From Macrostomum lignano (taxonomy: Eukaryota), in contig NIVC01002313.1 in the NCBI GenBank assembly GCA_002269645.1, forward strand, positions 62,001 through 126,000: a DNA stretch of 64,000 bases. The letters are read 5' to 3'. Below, in pieces: positions 46,905 through 59,999 of this stretch. Below the pieces are notes generated by a model. That model was not told the origin of the DNA. It was given only the letters and a program-made list of their open reading frames with translations, and did no database searches. A program made the position numbers and the translations under genes. Each line of letters opens with the position of its first letter. The first letter of the stretch is position 1.

Positions 46905-47890
46905 AGTCGCTTTCACAAGCTCTAGCTCCTCAAAAATTCTTGCTGTCACATGCGACCTAATTCTTGCGTCTTACTTTCCATAAATCAAAGCTTCAAATTC
47001 AATTTTCAATTTCAATTCAATGATTCAAAAAATTCAAATTCAATTTTTTTTGTCTGACAGACAGACAGACAGACAGACAGATAGGCAAACAGACATTACA
47101 GTTAGGAAAATGTGGTGCCTTTCATTGCAAATACTTCATAGGTGCTACCACATCGGAAGGCAGTGCTGTGACGTCATCATTCTAAGCCATATTTATCCAG
47201 TTGTGACGTCACGTTTTTCAAAGAGGCAGTCTTTTTTCCCAACCCGAACTTCTCTCGGGCCCTGCTTCGAGAGCCTTCAATGATGGTTGGAAACGGAGAA
47301 AAATGATAAATTATGAATAGCACCGCGAAGCAGGGGCATCTGAGTCTAAAAAATAGACGAGAAATACTCGAAAGCTGGTAGCGCTTTAATGCAATTCAAT
47401 TAACTAAAATTTTGTCATAAATATTTTAATTATAGCGGAAAAACAAATGGCCCCCAAGCTTCTCTGTTTTTGCACTTTTCTGTCGGTTTTCGAATATAGA
47501 AAGGATCTTCCTTTGAAACTGGGCTGGTTTTGAAAAAGAAAATTTTTTCAATAATTAATTGGCATAACCACCAACTGCAAGTTTCGGAGGGTAGCAGCCC
47601 CCACTGAAGGTTCAGGAAAGGAAGTAGCAACTGTCACTGAAGGTTCAGGAAGAACATCAGCCCTCATTGACGATTCAGGGGTTGCAATTCCACTTTTCTC
47701 ATGGCATTGGCTGGTACACAAAAAAGAAATATCCCTCTTCATGCAGCATCCAATAAGAACCGAAGGAGGAAACCTCAACTGAGATACTTCTACCCCAGAA
47801 TGGCGGCAGACATGCAAGAGAATTTTGCATCCAGTCTTCGAACCTTAAAAACAAAAAAGTATTCGTTGAGCAAGTCAAATTTCCATCAGC

Positions 47891-48819
<929 letters not shown>

Positions 48820-49579
48820 AGAAATCGTTGTTACGAGTAAAAACACAGTCGAATATTAAAAATTTACAGCTCTGGTGGTAGCTTTTGAATTGGAAACTAT
48901 CAAAATCGCTACAATAAATTGAGAATGTTACGAAAGACGTTAGAAATGATACGCATTCAAGCTACTGTTCTAGTAAGTAGCTAGCTTGAATAGGCGAGCA
49001 AATTCAATTAAGAAGCGCTCGAAGATGTTTCTTTAAACGAGACGTAGAGTCTTTATTTTAATAGAAATTTTAATAAAAGGCCGCTTTTCCCTGCAAAATG
49101 CACCAACGAGGTACAAGCTTAAGATTTTTCGCGCAGTTTTTTTGCCTGTAAAATGACAATGTCACGTTTATCAAACAAAGAAATCCCTTAATTTATCTTT
49201 GTACCCTCTTGTACCCTTTAAATTGAAAAGGGTAAGCAACGACAGTAAGCCTTGATTAACACCTGCCTCCAATCTCTCATCAATCAAGGGAATCTCGACA
49301 TCCAGAGGTTGGGTGTTAATCAAGTGTGTTAATCAAGGATTATTTTCGCTGCTGTTAGTTTAGTCTAGGAAGACTTCCTATAGTTTGCACTCGTATAAAC
49401 ATGTTTGATAAAAACGGCGCAATCATTTGGAGCCGGGGCAATTGGCACTGAGTACCAACCCAAGCTCGGCAACAGAGCAGCTCATCGGCCTGGAAGATGC
49501 AACGCTGTCGACATCGTCCCGCAACCAGCTGATTTGACTGCAATTCTGCCCAGACCTCCGACTCCTGATCACATCATAC

Positions 49580-49667
49580 ATGTACACACGCTCACAACAG
49601 GGTGTATGATATACAGCGGCCCTGATTTTCTGATCGTCAGGAATGTACACTTTCTGTGCCTTTAGGG
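49580..49667 (+). repeat. Dispersed repeat, copy 1 (inverted homologue at about 58787-58862)
   Basis: GTACACACGCTCA...GGGTGTA...GCGGCCCTGA(T/C)TTTCT(G/A)ATCGTC...ACAC..TCTGTGCCTTTAGGG is shared between the two loci. Confidence 0.7.
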
Positions 49668-50580
49668 TTGGCCCTCGTGGGACGTCTCGGAGAGTCGCTC
49701 TCTGCAGTTGGACTGTTGCTTTGACTTGCAGCAGAAACCTAAGCCCAGCCGCGCACGCTAACTAACCAACCCAAAGCTCCGATGAAGGCTCTATGCAGCA
49801 TCGCAGGGTGCAGCAAAGTGTAAGTGCAGCAAGTCCCTGTGAATGCCTACTTGGAAGCTATAGCTAACAAAACTCTCTTTGAGTTCAATGACTTTTCGAT
49901 TTAGCAATCGCTAACTGCTCTAGAGGTCCTCAGAAGAAGAACAAACCGAGAATTGACATGCGTGAATTCAATGGGTTGAATTCGATTGGAATCTCAGCTG
50001 AAATCGAATGTCAATTAGATTTCAGCTTCGGCTGCAGAATTGACATGAACTCGCTCCACTGAGCAAGTCATCCAAGTTTCGATCGAATTATTCTCCAATT
50101 CTGAACGAAGTTAAGAAGTTAATATCATTACGAGCTACAGATACATTTATCTATTCATCACTATTAGTTCTTACGTATCCTGTATAGCATCATAAAAATG
50201 AGTTCATTGCGCAACCTTCTGATGGCACGCAGCCTAACATTTTCTCTTAATAACTGGTGCCTTGAACAAGTCTGATCGAAACTCGAATAAAATTTTACGA
50301 ATTTGTATTTCGAATCACATTCCACCAAGGAGGAGTCATACTGGTAATTTAGAGTTGGATAGAAGTTGCATGCATTATTGAAAATTATTAATCATATAAA
50401 TATACGCTCGTAAAATGTCGAAAATAAAGTCCTTCATTTGTTAGTTATAAAGCGTTTTACCTTTATATCTTTGAATCAGTAGAGATACGAAAATTAACTC
50501 GGAAAGTGTTGGGCGCAGAGTTTTCCGCTAGCAGTTTTTGAAATATGCGCATGTAAGGATAGCGATGGCTTCCTCGACAT

Positions 50581-53327
50581 TCAACGACAGCAAACGTGCA
50601 GATGCAGCTCGCCCTTGAACGGCTCCCAGCCTCTGAACGAGCAGTCGTCCGAGTCTCCGGGACTGTGGCACTTGATGGCCGAGTCGCCCAGCTTGGCCTT
50701 GCTGATCATGCCACTGCTGCTGGTGTCCAGCCTGATGGACTTCATGAAGCCGGAGCTGCGGGTGAAGCCCGGAGGACAGCTGCCGCCGTTCGACAGTAGG
50801 CAGTAGCTGTACTTGCTGGGGAATTCTCCTGAAGCGTATGCGAGAGATTTGTTATGGTGGAACATTGTTGTATTTATTTCGCAGATTCAGATAGAATAGT
50901 TTTATGAAAGGAATGGCTTGAGATTGAATTTAGTACCTGTATACATTCCATCTTACAATTTTGCGTTCAAGAACCGCCTGGTAGAACTTACTTCGGGGGC
51001 AGCTATAGATTAACAATCAATTGGGCTTCGTCTTCAATAGTATTTGGTTACGATCAGGAAACCTAATCGAAGCACTTTTGGGGCTGAAAGCTAACTTTAT
51101 CGTTTTAGTTCTTTGTTTGCCTTTTCCCATGACATTTAAAACCTTGGAGCTGTTGTAGTGGGCTGCGTTTGCTAGCTGAGATGGATTCTGACTACTAAAG
51201 GCTCGTTGACATTTACAACTTTAAAAAGCGTAATTTTACATTTACTGAGGTGCTATGTCTCAATGGGAGTACTGAGCTGTACTAAGGCTAAATGGGATTT
51301 AAGTTCTCCGATGCCATGTCTCGTGATGCTGCTGCTTGACTAGAAATAATTTGTTATAAGTGCATGCTTTCATATGGTAAACCAGGTAAACCTTCAGAAA
51401 GATTATCGAATGTAAATCAATTATTTCCATCGTGTTTTAGTTTAACTAAATAAAATACTGACGTGTAGCAATCGGGGAGTACTAATTGCTTACCAGCGCT
51501 AGCGAGATCCCTAAGCAACAAGCTGCTGTTTCGCTCCGGTACAGTGATCACTTTGAACGTGGTAGTCTGCTGGTAGATTGTAAGCTGCATGTTGTTGCTG
51601 ACCAGCTCTCGACGGGAGCGGAACGACTGCTCGTTGATTCGAACCAGCCGCAGTGGGCGCACTTCGAATCGCTCGCCATTCCACTGGACATTCAGGTTGC
51701 GTTCGGATAGCTTATTGTTGAGCTCCTCGCTTGTGAAAGAGTCTCGCTGATAAGACCGTCTGGAGCTCTCCGAGCCCCTATCCGTCACTGTCCTGCTCGA
51801 GCCAACTTTGGCAGAGAAAAGGAAAGCGGAACCGCCAGCTGACCAGCTGGTGCTCGAAGTGCTACCGAATAGTTTCTTAGCCTCGTCGCTGCTTCTCAGG
51901 TAATCCCTGTCGATCTTCATTAAACCCGTGGACTCGTCCTTTTTAAAGGTTCTTGAGGCTTCGTGCACAACGCGATCCGGACGTGCGTACACCGGGTCCC
52001 AGAAGACGCTGCGCCACTTGGTCTCGCTTAGTCTGTTGGCGTAGATTTCATCCTGCTTCAGGGCGCCCTCGATGAGACGCATGATGTCGAATTCGTCTTT
52101 CTTTTCAACGTATTCAGTCGACCGGATTGTGGTGGCCCGAACCGACGAGTAGGTCTCTTGCACCAGGTTGTTGAAGTCGTCGGCTCGCATATACCTGCGT
52201 TAGGAAGTTTTGTACTCAAATTAGCTTCGATGGCGTTGATACATTTAGTTCTACTAATCAATAGAGGCCTACACGACTCCAGTTTTGAGTGCCACTGTTT
52301 GATCAATGAGAAATAACAGTCATTGTTAATTCAGGACCTGGCATCTTTAATTACATACATGTACAATATGACTACGCGTGACATAATAACCTGTAATTTC
52401 CATCAGGAGGCAGCAGCATCAGCTTCGAAAAGGCAGTTGTCTCCATGAGATTGTCAGTAGTGACTGTCACAGTTTTGCTAACAGATTTCTGTGCGGTCAA
52501 GAAGCAGTCCAGAACGAGGCTGTCGAGAGACCTCGGGTTGTTTCTGACTTTCGTCAGCAGTCTGGCGCAGTAAGTCTCGTTTTTGCAAGCAAAAATTAGT
52601 TTCAACGGATCCCATAGGTGATTGGTGGCCAAGAACTCGTTCTCCAAGATGATGTTCTTCTTCAAGGGTCGGTTGCGAGATTGCCATTGGAAGCGGACCT
52701 TCTCCAGAGGCAGCAGCCGCACATCCGGTCTGGCGACCTTTTTCACCCGGGTTAGAAAGTCGACGACGCTGGCTGCAATGTTCGCGAGGGGTGGCAATTG
52801 GTACAGGATGTTCGATGAGGTTAGTTCTTGGTTTTTTAAGCCCTCAGTCAGTGCAGTTTGCAGGATCCCGGCAGACTCAATCACACAGCTACTTATACAC
52901 CACTGAATTCACAAGGCCGCGAATTCACATACGTGTACTATTTTGCTGCAAACGTGTCCAAAAATTCCTTTAAACCTTTAAAATATTTTAAAGGGTCTTA
53001 TTTTATATTATGGAAAGCATTTTTCTTACTCTGCATCTCGCTATCCCACATGATGACGTCGAAGCGGAGTTCCCAGAACTCTGTGAAGTCATTGTAAGTC
53101 AGCGAGCCGGATGTGTGATCCAGCAGCACCAGAGGCGTGATATAGAATGTCCTGTTCTTGGTAAGGTGCTGGAAGATGGACACGGTAAACTGGTTCTTGT
53201 AGCGGAACTGAGCGAACTCACTAGTCGAGTACTGACTGTCCCAGAAGCTGACGCAGTGCGCCGGCTGCCACAGGCAGATGGCAGCTGACAAAATCAAAGC
53301 GACTGAACTTGCCAAGTGCTTTGCCAT
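50581..53327 (-). CDS. Secreted protein, copy A (542 aa): uncharacterised N-terminal domain + ApeC-like Cys-rich C-terminus, 4 exons
   Basis: Exons 53327-53030, 52772-52391, 52194-51494 and 50828-50581; GT-AG, phases 1/2/1 consistent. Signal peptide MAKHLASSVALILSAAICLWQPAHC. C-terminal YCLLSNGGSCPPGF...HVCCR. The exon structure is mirrored in copy B. Confidence 0.85.
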
Positions 53328-53775
53328 GATTTTCGTATCCGTGTAATTTTGGCCCAACTTGGCTGCAGAGCTGCTTAACCAAGACGGTTATCAAGGTGAA
53401 ACGGAAATACCTGCCAATTTAGAAGTTGCTGGCTTGACTTGCACTGTATTTGGGTGCGCACACAGTCGAAATTCAGTTTCTGTTTAGACAAAAAGCACTT
53501 GGATCTGGAAGCCTGGCGTGCATTGACAATTTCACAAAAACAACTGATAAAGCCGCATGAGCGGAGAGGCGCAGGTGATCAAATGATTTGGGCAGACTGA
53601 TAAGATCGCGAATCACATGCTTTGCCGCGTTCGTTAACAGCAGTAGTGCGATTGGAGTTTCTTTGTAAAAAACTAACTATTTTGCAAATCCTGCATATTT
53701 TATAAATGGTGTCATTAGTGGCAAAAGACTTTCACTAAGGCCAACGCTAACGCAGGATTACTTCAGTGCGAGTGC

Positions 53776-54320
53776 ATTCAGGGGTGTCGCCACCGGGGGG
53801 GGACAGGGAGGACATATGTCCCCCCAGTAAAAGCTATGGGAGGACATGGCAATGCTTTGTCTCCCACCCCACCTCATGACCTGTTCTGGAAATCAGTAGT
53901 TTTGTTTCAGGGCGCCAAAATGAGTGCCTGCGGCGCTAAAATGAGTGCCTGCGGTGCTAAAATGAGTGCCTGCGGCGCTAAAATGAGTGCCTGCGGTGCT
54001 AAAATGAGTGCCTGCGGTGCTAAAATGAGTGCCTGCGGCGCTAAAATGAGTGCCTGCGGTGCTAAAATGAGTGCCTGCGGCGCTAAAATGAGTGCCTGCG
54101 GTGCTAAAATGAGTGCCTGCGGTGCTAAAATGAGTGCCTGCGGCGCTAAAATGAGTGCCTGCGGTGCTAAAATGAGTGCCTGCGGCGCTAAAATGAGTGC
54201 CTGCGGCGCAAAAACAAGCGCTAACAACATAGAATTTAAAAACTGTAAGAATTGACTCTGTACGGCTCGTAGAATTCTTGGCATTGTCCCCCCACCATAA
54301 AATCCATAAAATCCTGGATG
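53776..54320. mobile_element. MITE-like element (CAGGGGTGTCGCCACCGGGGGGGG... end) carrying an internal 21-bp array
   Basis: G7/C7 subterminal tracts (GGGGGGGACA...TGTCCCCCC) typical of invertebrate non-autonomous DNA elements flank the array. Confidence 0.4.
53905..54210. repeat. 21-bp minisatellite (AAAATGAGTGCCTGCGG[C/T]GCT)
   Basis: About 14 near-identical copies. The KMSACGA ORFs are its translation. Confidence 0.96.
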
Positions 54321-54781
54321 CATTTTCAGAACATTTATCTGAATACCAGCGGTTTGGCAGTGTGCACAACTAGCACGTGTGATGTACCGAAAAGTAAAAA
54401 AAAATGCGCGAACGTTAGGTAAATCATTCGCTATTCGAAGATTTAAGACGATTTACATTTTCAATAGCCAGAATTGCTCGCCAAGTTTAGACGATGGTTT
54501 GCTTGTCTGAGTTTTTATTTTTTTAAATTAAATTCATTTATTGCCATTTACAGCCAAATAAATGTGTTGGATGCAATGAGACTTATTTGACAATAAATTA
54601 CAAATTATTCGCATAGCTACTAATTACGAGTAACAAAAAGAATTGTTTGACAGAGCCTGAATAAAATTCAAATCAGGCACATTGTTTATATTCTACTACT
54701 GAATATTATTGAAAAACTTTCCGCGACCAGTTTTGAAATGGTCACAATCGGCAGTAAGGTTAGCGATGGCTTCCTCGACAT

Positions 54782-57700
54782 TCAACGGCAGCAAACGTGC
54801 AGATGCAGCTCGCCCTTGAACGGCTCCCAGCCTCTGAACGAGCAGTCGTCCGAGTCTCCGGGACTGTGGCACTTGATGGCCGAGTCGCCCAGCTTGGCCT
54901 TGCTGATCATGCCGCTGCTGCTGGTGTCCAGCCTGATGGACTTCATGAAGCCGGAGCTGCGGGTGAATCCTGGAGGACAGCTGCCGCCGTTCGACAGCAG
55001 GCAGTAGCTGTACTCGGTGGGGAAAGCGCCTGCGTTGAGGGAATGCGTTTAGTGCAGATTTTATGCAATTATGATAATTCATGATAATTAACTAAGCTCA
55101 GAGTCCAACTTTATTGTTTAACGAGATTAACGAGAACTGCTAATAACTCATAGGATATCAAATAAATTTGATGCTGACTTAAACTAAACGATTGAAATAA
55201 ATAAATTGTCCGACCAGTGATGCAGTGAAAGCCATCTCCTGAGAGTTCAAGGAAGCTAAACTTGGTCTAGCTGGAGCTTAACTTCGGGTCAAGGACTTCT
55301 AGACCTGACAGGACTTGTTGGCGGAGGCAACAAAGAAAGGAATAAAAAAATAGATTAAACTTAATGTAGCTTTTGACCTTGTACAGTCCCTCTTTTAAAA
55401 AAATATTCGATGCTTAAATCAAAACAGACATGAAGCAAACTGTCTATAGCCTAAGATATCAGCACTCCTCTGTGAGCTTTGGCATCATGGCCTCCCTTTA
55501 AGACGTGGCTGAACCATGACTCTCCTTTTGACGTTAGGCCTATCAACAAATCCAAATTGCCCTTTGGTATCTCAGCAAACAACCCCCCCCCCCCGATGAG
55601 CCACATAATTTCAGCGACTCCCCGATGACAGCTTAGCAATAAATCTTTTAAAAAATTTCCTATATCTCGGTAGCCACTCGGTACTTTTTCCCCGAACCGT
55701 GAAATCATAAGCCTTACGTTTTATGAGTGTCTATAAAACATTACTGTGCTCCTTGATTTAAGCTCCATTCTGGTGCCTAATGAGCTGGTATCGTTTGTGG
55801 AAGTTTATAACCACACCATGTTAGCTTGATTGCCACAGAAATTTTATAACAGCTGCGACATAAGGAGCAATTAAGGGTTTATGACAAAGTCTAATATTCG
55901 AATTTTAAAGGTACATATGATGTACCGCAGTTACGGGTTCTAAAACAGGTTGAAAATTAGTGCTGACTAATTGGAATATGGCAGTATTAATTAATTGGTT
56001 TGAAAATGAGCTTAGCAATTCTATGTAAAGGTCAGGAAATTTAAGCTTCAATTGAAACTTCGGGTCAACAATGCTAAATGTTGATATGATAATCATTTAT
56101 ACAGGTAGCTACAGGTACTTCCTAATTATAGCTATTAAAATTGTAGTTAAATATCCAACCCATCGTCCAACTCACCCACTGTCGCGGCGGTCTCCCTCAT
56201 CATGGCGGTCTCGTTGTGCTCCTGCCTAACAATTACGCTCAACGAAGCGCTCTGCTGGTAGATGGTCAGCTGCATGTTGTTGCTGATCAGCTCCCTTCGG
56301 GACCGGTAGGCCTGCTCGTTGATTCGAACCAGACGCATCGGGCTCACAATAAACCGTTCACCGTTCCATTCGACGTTCAGATTTGCGTCAGACAGCTTCC
56401 GGTTGAGCTCGTCCATTGTGTAGCGGTCGTTCAAGTGCGACAGGCTGCCGCTGATGGAGTCACCGGCCCTACGGGAGCTCTCTCCGCTGATTGAACCGCT
56501 GCCCAAACCTCTCCAGGAGCCCCCAACCGAGCCACTGAGGGACCTGCTTGAGCCGAACAGTTTCCTGGCCTCCTCGTTGCTTCTCAGGTACGCCCTATCG
56601 ACCCGAAGTTGTCCTGTAGAGTCCTCCTTTTTGAAGGTTTTGGCTGCCTCTCTTACGACTTTGTCTGGTCGAGCGAATGTCGGATCCCAGAAGACGCTCT
56701 GCCACTGCGTTTGGCTGAGAGTGCTGGTGATGACCTCGTCCTGCTTCAGCGCGCTCTCGATCAAGCGTACAATGTTTAGCTCATCGTACTTTTCAACGTA
56801 TTCGGTGGATCGAATAGTTGTGGCCCGAACCGACGAGTAGGTCTCTTGAACCAGGTTGTTGAAGTCGTCGGCTCGCATGTACCTTGCAGGACCAAAGACA
56901 AGGAACTGACAATGATACAGTGCTGACATTCCACTTCTGCACTTGAATTTTCTAATAGTGAGGCACTTACATTTACATAGTATAGTAAATGTTATAATGT
57001 TCTAATAAATCATCCCTAACTAATTTGGTCACACCTCGAATAGGACACAGGTCGCGCCACAAGAGTCTTTTGGACCTTATGCGATCGGCGACTCATTTGC
57101 TAGCAGAGAGCCCCTTTTTGAGATGTAAATCAAGCGCTATCCTCACCTGTAATTTCCATCCTTAGGCAGCATTAGCAGCTTCGAGAACGTTGTAGACTGC
57201 ATCAGGTTGTCAGTGGTGACTCGCACAGTCTTACTAGCCGTCTTCTGCGCAGTCAGGAAGCAGTCCAGCTTTAAACTGTCGAGCGACTCCGGATCCTCTC
57301 TGACCTTGTCTTTGAGCATGGCGCACTGCGACTGGTTCTTGCAGGCGAACGTCAGAGTGAGAAGCCGAGGCAGATGGTGCGTGGCGATGAACTCGGTTTC
57401 CATCACGAGCTTTTTCACGATGGGCCGGCTGCGCGACTGCCACTGGAAGCGGACGCGTTCCATAGGGAGCAGCTTCACGTCCGGGTTGCGGACGCCTTTG
57501 ACGGTGGTCAGGAAGTTGTAGACGCTGGCTGAAAAATGGAAGAGTAACGTTTGAACTCCTGGTTTGTAGGCATGAGCTGATACCTGAAAAATCGACTAAT
57601 TCAGAGTCATTAGTATTTTTGCCTTTGATGCTGGCGTCCTTGTTACTGATAACTGAAAGTCAAACAACGACAAAGCCGCTCAAACTCACCTTGCAACTCC

Positions 57701-57984
57701 ATGTCCCACATGATGACGCTGAAACGAAGCTCCCAGTACTCGGTAAACGGATTGTGCATCAGACTGCCGGACCGGTGGTCGAGCAGTACCAGAGGCGTGA
57801 TGTAGAACGTGTTGTTCTTAGTCAGATGCTGGAAGATCGACAACATAAACTGGTTCTTGTAGCGGAACTGAGCGAACTCGGCAGTTGAGTACTGGCTGTT
57901 CCAGAAGCTGGTGGTGGCAGACACAGGCTGCCACAGGCAGACGACAGCAATGACGACAGTCAGGGACGCAGCGTGTATCTTCAT
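54782..57984 (-). CDS. Secreted protein, copy B (543 aa), tandem paralogue of copy A, 4 exons
   Basis: Exons 57984-57690, 57528-57147, 56882-56176 and 55029-54782. Same intron positions and phases as copy A; exons 2 and 4 have the same lengths as in A (382 and 248 nt). Signal peptide MKIHAASLTVVIAVVCLWQPVSA. Confidence 0.85.
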
Positions 57985-58786
57985 GTCTGCTGCTTGACAG
58001 TTTCAGAGCTTGTACTAAACTGAAGGCCTTTCGCAATGTATTTTCTTTAACTTTCAAATTTCTAAAAACCGGAAATTTTGATTTCGAACTAAATTTTAAG
58101 CGCGCAGTCTGAAGAAAGCGATTTGAATTTTAGAAAGTTAGATAAGAGAGTTGCCAGAGCTGTACGCGTGGACTTCATTTGCAGATCTGTGTAGATAAAA
58201 TACTAATAGAAAGCAAGCAGTCACGGCAGTCAGTCAAAGACAGTTAATTAGCTATCTTAGCTATGTGAAACTCTGCAGAGCTTTGGCTGAACTGCGCATA
58301 TTGCTTGTTTATAAATAGCAACTGCAGTACACGCCTTGTCAACAAGTTCGCCAGATTTCGTGTTAACTTTTCAGCTAAGCATTAAGTAGAAATTTATCCA
58401 TCCGTATTTGTTATGAGTAATTAAGAGAGAAACCATCTTGTTACATGCTATTGTAAGCAACTGTGACACCATGGCTTTTCTTCACTTCAGCAGCAGCTAG
58501 CTATAAAAAATGTTGCTGACATCTATCTGATAAAACAGAATACATGGGAAAGCGCACTAACAAGAGAAGCTTGAACGATGCCAGATATCAGTGCCCGAAA
58601 ATTGGTTAAAAATCTATTGATTTATATTTTGTACTACTACTGTAATTATAGTAAGTGCGATAGTTTTTGAGCTCGTATAAGGGAGCAGAGTAACGATCGA
58701 CTCGACCCCACTCGACCGCATTAACTTGGGGCTTGTGCACGGACATTAGCCAGGGGGTTGTCGGTCGATTCACACCCATCGGATCC

Positions 58787-58862
58787 CCTAAAGGCACAGA
58801 GTGTGCATACCGGACGATTAGAAAGTCAGGGCCGCGGTACACCCAGTATGAGCGTGTGTACG
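58787..58862 (-). repeat. Dispersed repeat, copy 2 (inverted relative to 49580-49667)
   Basis: Reverse-complement similarity seen by eye. Confidence 0.7.
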
Positions 58863-59081
58863 AGTGCGTGACTGCGTACAGCAACGCGCCCGACTCTCTG
58901 GCCTTTTTCAAGCCCTTGAAGGCCGACCCCTCTCGAAAGTTCATTCGTCATTGGCCGAATTCAGCCGTTGGTCGAGGGCTCGAGTTTTCAAATCGGGGGT
59001 AGCGGAGGTGGGGAACGGGACAAAATCCCCACATCATCCCGGAATCGCCACAGCGTCTAGTGAGAGCTGCATGCCCAAGCC

Positions 59082-59897
59082 ATGAATCTACTGCTGCTTC
59101 TGGTTCACCTGCTGCTGTGCCAGCCTCAAATTGCACGCGTCGTCAACGCCCAGCTGCAAAATGCGGACCGCACAGGCGGGGTGTCGGTCCGGCTGACTCT
59201 GCAGCAGCCGCCGGAGCGGCATCTGCCGAAGCCACAGCCACCGAAGCCGAGTCAAAAAGAGCTGCGCCGCGGCAAGCTGACCAAGCTGCTGGGCAGCGGC
59301 GGCCAAGAGGACCTCCGGCTCGGCTGGCTGTCCGTCCGGCCGCGAGTTGCCAACCCTGGCGAGTTCGTCGAGCTTCAGCCGGAGCAGCAGACTCTGCTAA
59401 ACAGGCAGCTGGCCGCCGTCAACGCCTCGCCGCCGTCCGTCCGCGGCTGGCTGACGCGCCTGGCCGCCTGTCCGGGCCGGGCTAATTGGACGGATCTGGG
59501 TGATGCCGTCTGGCCGCGCTGGGCTCGCAGCGTCGAATGCGGCGGCGGTGCCTCTTGCGGTTGGCCGCCCGGTCTGCTGCGCTGCGGCGCCCAGCGTCGA
59601 CGGCGGCCGCGCCGGCTGCAGCTGCTGCGCTGGCGCTGCTCGAACAGCTTCAAGCGCCAGCTACGGCGCCGACTGCGTCGACTGCGCAGGCGACGACGCC
59701 AACGACGGGACAAGAAGGCGCAGCAGAAGCGGAGGAATTCGGCAGAGCAAAGGAGGAAGAAGAAGAGCAGGCGGTGGAACAAGCGAATGCGGAGCATCGC
59801 CGAGCGGCTGTCCGTGGTGGCTGGCGAGTTCGAGTGCCGCTGGGCGCCGCACGAAATTAGCGTGGTCAGCGAGGTCTGCGTGTGCGGCGGCCGCTAA
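59082..59897 (+). CDS. nlg: Noggin-like secreted cystine-knot protein with a long basic insertion, single exon, 271 aa
   Basis: Signal peptide; PKPSQKEL...KLLG; WL...ACP....WTDLG..VWPRW...VEC....SCGWPPGLLRC...L.LLRWRC; C...PHEISVVSEVCVC, all matching noggin motifs. There are 65 aa between Cys5 and Cys6, as in noggin-like (nlg) genes. Confidence 0.9.
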   Translation: MNLLLLLVHLLLCQPQIARVVNAQLQNADRTGGVSVRLTLQQPPERHLPKPQPPKPSQKELRRGKLTKLLGSGGQEDLRLGWLSVRPRVANPGEFVELQPEQQTLLNRQLAAVNASPPSVRGWLTRLAACPGRANWTDLGDAVWPRWARSVECGGGASCGWPPGLLRCGAQRRRRPRRLQLLRWRCSNSFKRQLRRRLRRLRRRRRQRRDKKAQQKRRNSAEQRRKKKSRRWNKRMRSIAERLSVVAGEFECRWAPHEISVVSEVCVCGGR

Positions 59898-59999
59898 AAG
59901 GAAAACCGGCTGCTATTGGAAAACAGGTCTGCCGCCAGACTCAGAGAGCTCACAAAGGGGTCTACAAATTGAAATAAAAATATGCATCACCACTCTACA

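Noticed and set aside
53836-54369. KMSACGA, APQALIL and AAGTHFS repeat ORFs
   Set aside because: A 21-bp array open in several frames on both strands, with no coding signature.
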